A stretch of 64,000 bases of DNA, taken from NCBI GenBank assembly GCA_040285855.1, contig JAUFOQ010000004.1, positions 2,232,001-2,296,000 of the forward strand, given 5' to 3'. A model generated the notes under the pieces. That model was not told the DNA's origin, ran no database searches, and worked only from the letters and a program-made list of their open reading frames with translations. The DNA comes from Eukaryota sp. GEM-RC1. Taxonomy: Eukaryota. The position numbers and the translations under genes are program-made. Shown here one piece after another: positions 24,501 to 35,981 of the stretch (positions are counted from its first letter, which is position 1; the number at the start of each line of letters is the position of its first letter).

Positions 24501-26736
24501 CTATTTCCTCGTTAGTAGAATTCTTCAAAGCATGGATTTCACTGGACAATTCAGTACTAATTATTTCCTTCTCTTTTAGTTGAGATTCGAGAGTTGAAGT
24601 CAAAGCGACAAGTTCCTGTAATTTAGAATCTATTTTCTCGTTAGTAGAATTTTTCAAAGCTTGGATTTCACTAGACAATTCAGTATTAATTACTTCCTTC
24701 TCTTTTAGTTGAGATTCGAGAGTTGAAGTCAAAGCGACAAGTTCCTGTAATTTAGAATCTATTTTCTCGTTAGTAGAATTCTTCAAAGCTTGGATTTCAC
24801 TAGACAATTCAGTATTAATTACTTCCTTCTCTTTTAGTTGAGACTCGAGAGTTAAATTTAGAGCGACAAGTTCCTGTAATTTAGAATCGATTTCCTCGTT
24901 ATTAGAATTCTTCAAAGCTTGGATTTCACTGGACAATTCAGTATTAATTATTTCCTTCTTTTTTAGTTGAGACTCGAGAGTTGAAGTCAAAGCGACAAGT
25001 TCCTGTAATTTAGAATCTATTTCCTCGTTAGTAGAATTCTTCAAAGCATGGATTTCACTGGACAATTCAGTACTAATTATTTCCTTCTCTTTTAGTTGAG
25101 ATTCGAGAGTTAAATTTAAAGCGACAAGTTCCTGTAATTTAGAATCGATTTCCTCGTTATTAGAATTCTTCAAAGCTTGGATTTCACTGGACAATTCAGT
25201 ATTAATTATTTCGTTCTTTTTTAGTTGAGACTCGAGAGTTAAATTTAAAGCGACAAGTTCCTGTAATTTAGAATCTATTTCCTCGTCAGTAGAATTCTTC
25301 AAAGCTTGGATTTCACTGGACAATTCAGTATTAATTACTTCCTTCTCTTTTAGTTGAGACTCGAGAGTTGGAAGTCAAAACGACAAGTTCCTGTAATTTA
25401 GAATCTATTTCCTCGTTAGTAGAATTCTTCAAAGCTTGGATTTCACTAGACAATTCAGTATTAATTACTTCCTTCTCTTTCAATTGAAGATGTTTGTCAT
25501 CTTTTAAAGTAGAGATTTGTTTTTTACACTTTTCCAGTTCCATTGTCAACTCTTTGGTCACTTTGTCCTTTTGAAGTAAATCACTAGGGTCTAAAGCAGA
25601 AGTCAGGCCAGGAAACCAAGTTGCTCTACGGTTAGTTGTTTTGGCCTGACCTGTTCCATCAAAAGCGCGCTGATTCAACATCAATTGTACATTTCTTTCT
25701 TTTAGTTCTTCAATTTCTCTTTCGTACTTCTTGAGTAAAGCTCTATCATCTAAAACTTCATTAACTTTAGCCTTATTCTTGACATTCTTTGCTCTAGTAG
25801 CAAACTCTAGAGTTGTTCTACTTACTTCAAAGTGGTGAAAAGCTGGAGTTATACAGCATATGATGGCTGTTCGTGAGTTTCCACCGAGGGCGTTCTTCAA
25901 CAGAAATGTAAGCTTGGAATCTCTGTAATTGATATGAGCACGTGAATTTGACTGTAACTTAGCAATTAAAGTTCCCAAGTAAAGTAAACTTTTGTTAATG
26001 TTCGAAGTTTCCCGTAGTTGAGTTCCTTTTGCTCCTGTTTGAGAGGCTCTTTCAGATCCAGCTAAATCAACCAAATTCAAGTGAGAAATTCTTACAGCAC
26101 CATCACTATCTTTCGAATTTTCCTGGGATTCCAGAATAATTTTAAAAATCGAATGTGATCTCGATGATCGATCATTCATTTTTGTCTGACTGACACGTTT
26201 TCTTTGATTACCCTTTTTAGTTGTTCCAGAGCTTCTTCAACTGACATGACAACGTATTCGAGAGCATTACAGAGATTCACGTTTTCTTGGGTTTCTGTAA
26301 TAAAGGGTTTGTTCTTGGGTTCTAGGAGATCATAGACAACTTCATTGTAGATTTCAATAAATGACACTCTGCAGAGATATCGGCGGTGTGAACAGGCCTG
26401 GATGTGGTCGAAGATCTGGTGTAACGTGAGGTGCACTAGGCCTGGGTCAGACTTGGTACCCATGATTGTGTGTGTTTTGCCTGAGGAAGTCTGTCCGTAA
26501 GCAAAGATTGTTCCATGAAAGCCGTTGATAACATCTAGGACGACGGGAGAGGCAAAAGACGTGTAAAGTTCTGAGTTAGAGCATTGTTGATCGAAGACAT
26601 GATCGAAGTGATATGAATGCTTCAAGTTTGCAGTATAAACAGCATTACTAGTGGTGTGGAAGAGACCGTGGGACTCAATCCCAAAGAGATTCCGAACTCG
26701 GACTGCAACTAGAATGCCGGCGGTTTGTGGCGCCAT
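18508..26736 (-). CDS. CENPE: CENP-E-like kinesin-7 with a tandem-repeat coiled-coil stalk (~2740 aa if 4 indels are corrected)
   Basis: Motor motifs FAYGQTSSGKT, NDRSSRSH, LVDLAGSE, HINYRDSKLT, then the CENP-E-type RRATW motif after the neck. Frameshifts at ~26215, 25370, 23305 and 20700. Confidence 0.85.
18630..25480. repeat. 129-bp coding tandem repeat (43 aa), ~53 copies
   Basis: Unit ELSSEIQALKNSTNEEIDSKLQELVALTSTLESQLKEKEVINT; period 129 (e.g. 18714 to 18843). Confidence 0.97.
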
Positions 26737-26808
26737 TTTATTGTGCAAAATTTGCTTTTCACACTGTTCTTCATTCGTTTTACATCCATTTCAGCCATCG
26801 GTGGCTAC

Positions 26809-26828
26809 TAGACATCACGTGATGTCTA
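26809..26828. promoter_or_regulatory. Perfect 20-bp palindrome centred on an E-box (CACGTG), upstream of the kinesin
   Basis: TAGACATCACGTGATGTCTA, ~75 bp before the kinesin ATG. Confidence 0.4.
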
Positions 26829-27059
26829 CTAGACACATGGTTCCGGTGGACTCCTGCACCGATGACGATCACATCCATGTTCCAGATACTGTTGGTTTCA
26901 CCAACCTGTCCTTATCAGAGTCTGTACAGGTTCTCTTCAGAAGATGTGGGAGCTACCATTAAACGAGTTTTCCTTTATGATTTCATGAACTTTTTCCCTC
27001 TGAAATTTGGTATATGTGTCTGTCATCTCAGCAGTTCTCTACTTATTTATGGTGAACGT

Positions 27060-27670
27060 GCTTCTTTTTTTCGTGTTTAAAACACATGGTTTTCACTAAA
27101 GTTGACCCTGTTTTGAATCACTTTTCAGGTCCAAAAGAGGGACTCCGTGGCTTAAATCGAGTCAATCGTTAATGAATTTTACCACAGTAGATGTTTGGAT
27201 CAAGTCGTGTCTTGTGTCGATAGGATATTAGATTCTTGTTTAAATCCGTTAACATCTGCTGAAGAACTCATGCATTCCAAATATGACTTTCAAGCAGAAG
27301 ACTTAAACCGAAAATCATACTCAAAATTTGTGTTCGATACTTTTGTTGTTTCACTTTTTTGGGTCGATTAGTCCTGCAGGTGAACAATTTTGCAAGGTTT
27401 TTGATGAACTGTGTAATGAAAAGAAGCGTAAGTTTAGAATGTTTGAATTGAAACCCGTATTGTGGTTTCCGTTTATCGGAATATGCCTTTCAATTTCTCT
27501 CGGTAAGTTCAGAAACTGTACAAGTTTGGTGTGAAAAGTAATGTCAAAAAACGTAATCTTTTACCGGATGGGAATGAAGTCTTTTGGATTTTGTCATAGA
27601 ATTATTTGTTTTTTTTAAAATTAACATTTGTAAGAAGGTTACAATTTTGGATACAAAATAAAGTTTCATC
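27060..27670 (+). mobile_element. Degenerate RLE non-LTR fragment, family C
   Basis: Nucleotide and protein similarity to the reverse complement of 55200-55830 (KRGD, NFTTVDV, AEELMHSKY, SLFGSISPA, KKRKFRM). Confidence 0.75.
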
Positions 27671-28220
27671 TGAATTTACTATATCAAGTCAGTTGCTCAA
27701 ATATAAATAAAAGTTGTGTTAAAAGTATTACAACATCACTTTATGGAAATGTTGGCATTGTTGGACAACGATTTTCGATGTCAGGAAATTTTTTTCATTA
27801 AGTCCACTTCGGAATCCATCCCCCCAATTTAAGGTATAAACTCGTTATAACTGTGTGATGATAACAAACCCTGATTTGCAATAACAAATCTGTTCAATAA
27901 TCTGTTCAATAAAATGTTTCAACACCATAAAAAGCTCAAAAGCAGGAAATTGATTTACATTTTCTCAGGTGACATACTTTCATTTGTGTCAATACTGGTG
28001 AAATTGCGTTTATTCAATTTTTCAGTGATTGACAGTCAATTGTCCCTCATAGAAAACCTGTTTTAATGTTCTATAGAACTGAGGCTTTAAACTAAACTAC
28101 TAGAAAAATACTGCAAAGTAATAGTTAAATACATATTGACTACATAGATGCTTTCAAAAAACCAAAGCCTTGAGTACATGAAAAATTTAAAAGTATTCTC
28201 CCAACAAATACGAAACTCAA

Positions 28221-29462
28221 TCAAACCATTTTATTTGCCCAAACAATAGCATTAGCAAACATCTTATGTCCATCAGTCGAACTTGCCCAATTTGGACCAT
28301 CATGGGAGTCACTCGAAGTACAAAAGAATCCAAACTCTACAAGTCTACCTCCACTGACTTCTTTCTTTGCGATAAGAGGAATTCCGGAATTAACAGTGGC
28401 TAATAAAGTTCCATTAACCGAAGACTTTGTTTGATATCCACAATTAGTAGAAAACTTATCTACATTAATGAAAATAGGATCGTTTGGCAGAGTTTTTGTC
28501 ACGTCATGCTGGTCATCCATAACAGTTATCCAACTCCCACACGTCACGTCATCAAAGCAAGAATAACTAAATCCTCCGGGAATTATTCGAGGAAAACAGT
28601 GAAAGAGAATTAGACCTTTACCTTGGTTTAAGAATTGATCAAGAAATTTACCTGGGCAACAACAACCATTACTTTCAACAACAATAACATCGTAGTTTTC
28701 GATTTCTTTAAAGTCTTCAACAACACTAGAACATGGATTAATTGAAATATTAATATTTGGCCAGTTTTCAGCAAAACCTTTTTTAATTTTTTCAGTGAGA
28801 TCGTTTAAGTAGGGATCATGCCAGACGAAAACTCCAATATTAATGTTTAATGGTATTTTTGTAGCTAAAAGTTGATCTCTAATAACTTGAATTTCATCTC
28901 CAACAAGGTTTTTCTTCAGAACTTCTTCTAACCAAATTTGTTTGTTTTGATTTGATACAACATCTATAATAATTCTGGACAATAGATCTGAAGGTATATT
29001 CGGGATCTCAGGAACACTTTCAAATGAAAAACTGTCAATAACAGTAGACAGCAGATCAACATCGGAAAACTCAACAAATGTCGTAACAAGAGTAAGAAAT
29101 TCAGTTTCAGATAACGAATTGGCATCTAGTTTTTCAGAAACCAAAGTGCTTAGCTTATTGTACACACATTCCACGAGAGAACTTAGCTGTTGGCAATCTG
29201 CAGTGCGATCTAACGAATCAACAGAGGTCTTACACATTGAGATCAAACATTTGGAGCAAAAGGATTCAGGAAGGTTGGGGAGAGGAGGACACTTACAGGG
29301 AGATGCAGGGGATTGACTGAAAGGGAGTATATGGTGAGAGCGGAAGGTTTTAGGACGATGTAAAGTGAGAGAACAGGATTCACAATGACTAGTTGCACAG
29401 TCAGTACAGAAGAGCGTGGCAGGTGACTCTTCACACTCAAAGCAAGGGGTCTGGTTACTCAT
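28221..29462 (-). CDS. B-box zinc-finger protein with a C-terminal alpha/beta (possibly class I GAT-like) domain
   Basis: CFECEESPATLFCTDCATSHCESCSLTLH..FRSH is a B-box. The C-terminal YDVIVV..FLNQGKGLILFH..GGRLVEFG..MFANAIVWA suggests a GAT-like fold. Confidence 0.75.
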   Translation of the reverse strand: MSNQTPCFECEESPATLFCTDCATSHCESCSLTLHRPKTFRSHHILPFSQSPASPCKCPPLPNLPESFCSKCLISMCKTSVDSLDRTADCQQLSSLVECVYNKLSTLVSEKLDANSLSETEFLTLVTTFVEFSDVDLLSTVIDSFSFESVPEIPNIPSDLLSRIIIDVVSNQNKQIWLEEVLKKNLVGDEIQVIRDQLLATKIPLNINIGVFVWHDPYLNDLTEKIKKGFAENWPNINISINPCSSVVEDFKEIENYDVIVVESNGCCCPGKFLDQFLNQGKGLILFHCFPRIIPGGFSYSCFDDVTCGSWITVMDDQHDVTKTLPNDPIFINVDKFSTNCGYQTKSSVNGTLLATVNSGIPLIAKKEVSGGRLVEFGFFCTSSDSHDGPNWASSTDGHKMFANAIVWANKMV

Positions 29463-29812
29463 CAGGTATGGTAATCAAGAAAAATTTTCAAGTAAATCGG
29501 TTTGCAATTTAGTAATTGAAAACTATTGATATGGTTCTAGTTCAATTACTACTAATAAGTTCAACAATTGTTAATGACACATCACAGGATGACTAAATAT
29601 TTCTGAAACTGAGACTGTGTATATCATGATTACTTTATTCAGTGATGTGAAGAATCGACATTGTATTTGATAATAAAGTATTGATTAAATTCCGTGTAGA
29701 CAAATACTATTCCCTGTGAGTAGTAGATCGCGACACTCAAAAAACAATGCTAAAAAAAAGAAATTTGTGTACAGTGCTTTAATGATCAGAAAAGTATTTT
29801 AAAGAAAAATGA

Positions 29813-30502
29813 CTACGCCTTTGGTTTAGTGCTTGTCTTGAACTCATTTAAAACAGGAGCCATTTTCTCAAGAGCGAGATAAATAGCATCTCTAGTTCGA
29901 GCACCGGTTATGACAATTCTTCCAGTGACAAAGATCAAGAGACAAACCTTAGGCTCTAACAGTCGATACACAAGGCCTGGAAACAGCTCCGGCTCATATT
30001 GTGCGAATTTGTGATGGCGCATATGCAAAGCTTCCAAGTCTATACAGTAGCCCATCTTGGAGACACCAACGATGTTTTCAATCTTGAAATCCGAGAAGGA
30101 TACAGGACATTTGACCTTTTGCAAGATTCTACAGAACCTGCGTGCAGCGCGGTGACAGTCTTCTTCGTTTGAAGCACCAGTTATCACCATCTTTCCTGTT
30201 CTGAACATTAACGCTGTCGCTTTGGGTTCCATGATGCGAACGATTGCTGCCGCAAAACGACGTGGATTGTATTCTGCATTGCGGACATATGATGCTATGT
30301 GTTTCAGGTCTAAACTGCATTTCAGATTCACTGTTGCCACGACGTTGTATATCTTGACTTCTGAAGGTTTGATGCTGACCGAAGAATCATCCAACGGTAA
30401 GAGATCGGGATTCAGCGGGGAAAGGTGTGTTGTGTGATTGTGGGATGTAGAAGGTTGTCCTGCAGACTGCAATAAGCTGCTAAACTGGTTCAACTCTGGC
30501 AT
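29813..30502 (-). CDS. TBP: TATA-box binding protein
   Basis: Two TBP repeats: NVVATVNL..LDL..AEYNPRRFAA..EPKATALMFRTGKMVITGA and NIVG..YEPELFPGLVYRL.EPKVCLLIFVTGRIVITGA. Confidence 0.97.
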   Translation of the reverse strand: MPELNQFSSLLQSAGQPSTSHNHTTHLSPLNPDLLPLDDSSVSIKPSEVKIYNVVATVNLKCSLDLKHIASYVRNAEYNPRRFAAAIVRIMEPKATALMFRTGKMVITGASNEEDCHRAARRFCRILQKVKCPVSFSDFKIENIVGVSKMGYCIDLEALHMRHHKFAQYEPELFPGLVYRLLEPKVCLLIFVTGRIVITGARTRDAIYLALEKMAPVLNEFKTSTKPKA

Positions 30503-31499
30503 ATGTATTGAGACCAGGAAATGAGGATTTCATTTTGCTCTACTGTACTAGAAAGAACTACATGTAGCTTCACTTCAACTCAATGACTGGTTATAATCAG
30601 ACAGAACTCCAACTCGATGAAACTTGGTATGTTTCGGAGTTAAGTCAACAGTCGACTTTGAGACTTGGCTGGAGTTGTTACCGTCTCTACACAATTTATA
30701 GTCTCACATATCGATATGTGACCACTGTTTGTATGGATAATGACAATTAAAAAAAATTTATGTTATCTGGGACGGTATTCTGATTACCACAAAGTCATTG
30801 AAAATAATCAGTAAATTAAGATAATAATCATTGAAATTTTATGGCATGTTCTTGGCATGTACAAAGCGGTTACTAGAAACAACTTGAAATACCGAAGAAT
30901 TACTAAGAATGTTCTGAACCATCCAATGTCGAGTTTAAATTGTTCATAATATCTGATTTTGAAAGTGGCTTCTTAAACTACTCTGACATTGGTATGTGTT
31001 GAGACTTCCATTCCAAACTCATAATCACGCAGTAAAAACTTCTTTGAAAAGAAGGAAAGTCACACATGACTAGGCTCAACAATCAAAAGACATTGACCCA
31101 GTCAAAATACGTAGAAAACTACAACTACAACTGCGTCATCCCCAATGTTTTTGCAATCAAATTTTTAGTGAAGTCTGAACGGAACGGAATTGGAGATACA
31201 GAAGCACCCACAGTACATTGGAGCGGTAAACTAAACCAACGAACTTCTTTTTTTGGTTTTTAAAAACGGAATTGAATTTAGATGTATTTTAAAAAAGTGA
31301 AATGAGATCTTTCTGGAACTTGTTTGCAATACAAGCTATGAAACACTGGACACAGAAAATTACTGGTCAACACTACCACAGTTCTTACACAATCCAAAAT
31401 CTTTGAAGTATGTGACGAAGAACTTAGACAACAAGCATATTTCCTACATTTTCTGTTGACTTGTGTTCTCGTTATTCAGGTCAATGTATCGCTATTTTG

Positions 31500-33029
31500 A
31501 CGGGATTTTGGCCAAGTTATATGGGAATAACTATTCTGTAGATTTGGGGAGCCCTTGGAGTACTTTAATTTAGTTTGTGTTTTTGTTAATGTTCTAGATA
31601 TGTTTTTGACCATAAAGCCCCTTTTTTCTGTCCCTTTCCTTTTTCTTCTTTTGACTCGTTTGGTCAAAAAGCCATAAAATTGCTGCAATGATTGGACGGC
31701 GTGGTAAAACAGCATTGCAACAAATCTTTCAATCAAAGTTATTGGACGAACAGATTGGTATTTTCTGTTTTCAAGGCTATTCCTCAGATGTAGAAAAGAA
31801 GTCTGATTTCATGAAGCGGAGAGAAATTCTAAAATGTAAATTTGTTTCTTCATGAATATAAACTTGATTATGAAAATGTCTTCAATTTTTTCTAGAGACA
31901 CGACACAATGGATAAGCAACAGATCAACAAGAGAGCTATTAGAGTTGTTGATTGTTTGTGTAGTATCTCTTCACTATTCGAAGATTCCCCTTGACAGAAC
32001 CAAGAAGTTCTTTGGACTAAGTTCCAAACGAAAGTTGATTTTTAAAACTAAATAGAAACGCATTTAGATGAGGTTATCTTTTGATTAAGATAAGTGTATA
32101 CGTGATGACCGTTGAGTAGAGGGATAAAGACGTGACCAAAGGAACAACACAGACACACTGTCTTCTTGTTTAATCGTGGTCTACTGTTGAAAAGAAGTTT
32201 TGCTAAGTGAAGACATAAACCTAGAATGTTACATGTTTTTCTCGTTTTCGAAGAAAATTTTGTTTTAATCTTAAGGATCATGAATGTCTTATAAACATGA
32301 GACTTAGGTTAGGTTTATGGCCTTCAGGTCTTTTGAAGCATTCTCCATGTCTTTGTGGTCGTTCAAAGGCTTCAAATTTTCATCATTTAGTTAACTGTCA
32401 TCAATTTATTCATTTTCGATCAATTATTCACAACAGTATCCGGGATATATGTTTGGATATCTTTAAAGCTAATGGTGTTCATGGAAAAATTGAACCTTTA
32501 CTTGCTAATCTTTCTGATCAGCCAAAAGTTGATAGAAGTCGTGGTGATTTGATTGGTCCTTGGTTATCTTGTCAGGAAATTATCATGGATTGTTGATCCT
32601 TGTAATTCAAGATCAATTTCCAAAATTTTTGATGATGATTTTTCTGCTCTTGAAGTGGCTGAAAAAGGAAAAAATACAAAGTACTGTCACTGAATTAAGC
32701 AATTGAATGTTGACAGGTACAATTCTTATGTGTTTCAACCTTTTGCGATGTCGATATACGGTAATATTGGACCAGCTGCAGAAGGTTTTTTAACTTCCTT
32801 TGGTATAATGTGTTCTGAGTATGGTAAAGTGTTCAATGAAAATTTTTGGTTGAGTAGGTTAACGTTTGCGTTGTTTCGTTCAATGCACAGATACTTTAAT
32901 TCAATTTTAGGTAAGTTGTTCGGTGATGGACAGAAGGATCATAGTTTAGATACTTTAGTTAGTGTCTGTTAGTTATTAACTTCTGCAAATGCATTTATTT
33001 CACTGACTGATCATAAACCCCGTTTTTTT
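31500..33029 (+). mobile_element. Degenerate RLE non-LTR retrotransposon, family A; 5' boundary uncertain
   Basis: MRLRLGLWP, CLCG..HHLVNC, HNSIRD, IEP, RGD, FQPFAMSIYGNIG, FWLSRLTFALFR; ends CATAAACCCCG-T7. Confidence 0.8.
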
Positions 33030-33058
33030 GTAAGTTGCTTTCTGTTTAATCTACAAAT

Positions 33059-34680
33059 ATGTTGTCCACTCATCATACTCTAAAACCGCTTAGTTCATAC
33101 CTCTGTTCACTTCTTACACATAAAACTTCATCTAAATCTTCCCACAAACTCAAACCTCCTACAATTCTCGGTATTGATCTTGGAACCACCAATTCATGCT
33201 GTGCAGTTCTGGAGAATTCCGTACCCACAATCATTCCATCTCAAACTGGTTCCCGAACAATTCCCTCAATGGTGGCTTTCGATGAATCTGGGAACAAATT
33301 CGTTGGGGGAAGCGGCCAAGAAGCAATTCCTCCTCAATCCTGGTAATACTTTCTATGCTACCAAGCGTCTCATTGGCCGCAAGTACAAAGATCCCCAGAC
33401 CATCAAAGACAAAGCCAAAATGCCCTACAAAATAGTCAATGTCAAAGGTCAAGCCAACGTGTTAACTGCTGATGAGAAACACGGTCCTTTTTCTCCTTCT
33501 GTTATAGCAGCTGATGTTCTCTCCCACATTAAAACCACTTCAGAACGATATCTAGGTAGACCAATCACCAAGGCAGTCATTACAGTTCCTGCTCACTTCA
33601 ATGACCAACAACGAAATGCAACTAAAGAAGCTGGAAAGTTAGCTGGTTTGGATGTTGTAAGAATTATCAACGAGCCAACAGCTGCTTCGCTGGCATATGG
33701 TATTAAACAGACTGATGGTAAAACGGTTGCAGTGTATGATTTAGGTGGAGGTACTTTTGATGTTACTATTTTAAGAATTAGTAATGGAGTTTTTGAAGTA
33801 ATGTCGACTAACGGAGATACCTTTTTGGGCGGCGAGGATTTTGATCAAGTTTTACAGGAATATTTAGTTTCTGAATTTATTAAAAATTCAAAAATTGATG
33901 TTAGAAATGATCGGATTGCAATGCAGAGAATTCGCGAAGAAGCTGAAAAGGCCAAAATTCAACTCTCATCAGCTCACAAAGTTGACGTTTCCATTCCCTT
34001 TTTGACCTTGGGTCCTACGGGACCTGTTCATCTCAATATTTCTTTATCCAGAGATCAATTAGAATCTCTTACTAAACACTTAGTTGATAGGACAATCACT
34101 CCTTGTAGAAAGGCTCTAAAGGACGCAGGATTGACAATCAATGACGTGGACGAAGTTGTCCTAGTCGGAGGAATGACACGTATGCCCGCCATTCAGAACG
34201 CAATTCAATCAGAATTAGGCGCCAAAATCTGTTCGTTTACTGTTAACCCTGATGAGGCCATTGCCGCTGGTGCTGCCATTCAAGGGGGGAATTATAGCTG
34301 GAAGTGTTGATGACGTGCTGCTCCTAGATGTTACACCACTATCTCTTGGAATTGAGACCAGTGGCGGTGTGTTCAGCGTGTTAATCCCTAGAAACACGAC
34401 TGTTCCGACCAAGAGAACTCAAACCTTTAGCACTGTAGAAGACAATCAGACAAATGTCTCTATTAAAGTGCTGCAAGGTGAGAGTAAAGTGGCTAAGAAG
34501 AATCATTTATTAGGAGAGTTTGATCTTACCGGGCTTCCACCAAAGAAGAAGGGGGAGGTGAAGATTGATGTAACTTTTGATATTGATAGTAATGGGATTG
34601 TGAATGTTAGTGCAGTTGATAAGCAGAGTAACACTTCAGGCAAAATAGGAATCAATTTGATTGATGAAATTGAAAAGTAG
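33059..34680 (+). CDS. Mitochondrial-type Hsp70 (DnaK) with an N-terminal presequence; 2 frameshifts in G-runs; C-terminal lid absent
   Basis: [102 protein letters not shown]. Confidence 0.9.
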
Positions 34681-35115
34681 TGAGTGAATGATGGATTTTT
34701 CAGGTATCATGTGATTATGAAGGAATGTATACGTGGCAGACATGTAACTTTACTTTACATTTGTTTAGTGTTATCAATCAGTGCATTGAACATCATTTGT
34801 TTTTTCTCAAAAACAGCGCAACAATACATTTACACATACTACAGTAATTCAGAAAATGTACGAAATCTAATTCTCCGCATCAACAAGGGAGTTGTCTTTA
34901 TACAACTGACAATAAACTGAAACTTAGATCCTCAGGAATGCTTCTGTAAAGCGCAAAAAGATAAAATTAATCGTAAGAGAACCAAAAACGGCATTTCCAT
35001 TACTACTCATAGAACATTAACATTATTGAATAATTGTAAACCTTCAAGACCAATATTTGCCACTTTGTTTCGGTCAGTTTGAGATTCGATGGTACTGTGG
35101 ATTAAAACGACCCCA

Positions 35116-35552
35116 TGTTGATCCTTGTAATTCAAGATCAATTTCCTAAAATTTTGATGATGATTTTTCTGCTCTTGAAGTAGCTGAAAAGGAAAAAATA
35201 CATAGTACTGTCACTTAAATAACCAATTGAATGTTGACAGGTACAATTTTGTTGTGTTTCAACCTTTTGCGATGTCGATGTACAGTAATAATGGACCAGT
35301 GCACAAGGTTTTTTAACCTCCTTTGGTAAATTATGTTCTGAGTACGGTAAAGTCTTCAATGAAAATTTTTGGTTGAGTAGGTTAACGTTTGCGTTGTTTC
35401 GTTCAATGCACAGATATTTTAATTCAATTTTAGGTTAGTTGTTCGGTGATGGACAGAAGGATCATAGTTTAGATTCTTTAGTTAGTGTCTGTTAGTTATT
35501 AACTTCTGCAAATGCATTTATTTCACTGACTGATCATAAACCCCGTTTTTTT
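35116..35552 (+). mobile_element. 5'-truncated copy of RLE non-LTR family A, with TSD
   Basis: Near-identical to 32591-33029. Flanked by AAACGACCCCA (35105-35115) and AAACGATCCCA (35553-35563). Confidence 0.85.
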
Positions 35553-35981
35553 AAACGATCCCAAGGCCTTCTGAGAGGAATAAGTCCTGATGGTCTTGAA
35601 GTGTTCAAATGCTTAAATGATTCTTCCAATTAGTTGACCTCAAGGTGTTTGATCTATTTGATCGATCTTTTGCCAACATCTTTCCATCTGCACCAGATTA
35701 AGTAGAAGAGTACTACAACAAAGAGTCCTCAATTAGCTGCTGATGAATGATTAAACAAAAGCTCAGTGAACGTCTTTTTCATGTTATGACGTGTGAAACA
35801 AAAATTGTTTTTTAAATCATTGCAATTATTTATTGTTGAGTTGATGATACAGGGATCGAAAAAATAAATTATATTGCAATATGTCACAACGAAATATCTG
35901 CAGCGTAAATCTAACAAGTCTTGTTCATAAGAACACTTTCTTTTACTGCACGTCCACTTCAAGTCCAAAAAAGTTAAAAGG

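Noticed and set aside
18630..25480. Centromeric satellite DNA
   Set aside because: The unit is a multiple of 3, stays open in one frame, and is continuous with the kinesin ORF.
33290..34300. Recoding or an alternative genetic code to explain broken genes
   Set aside because: The breaks are frameshifts in homopolymers (G6 at ~33305 and ~34284), not in-frame stops. Intact genes end in TAA, TAG and TGA normally.
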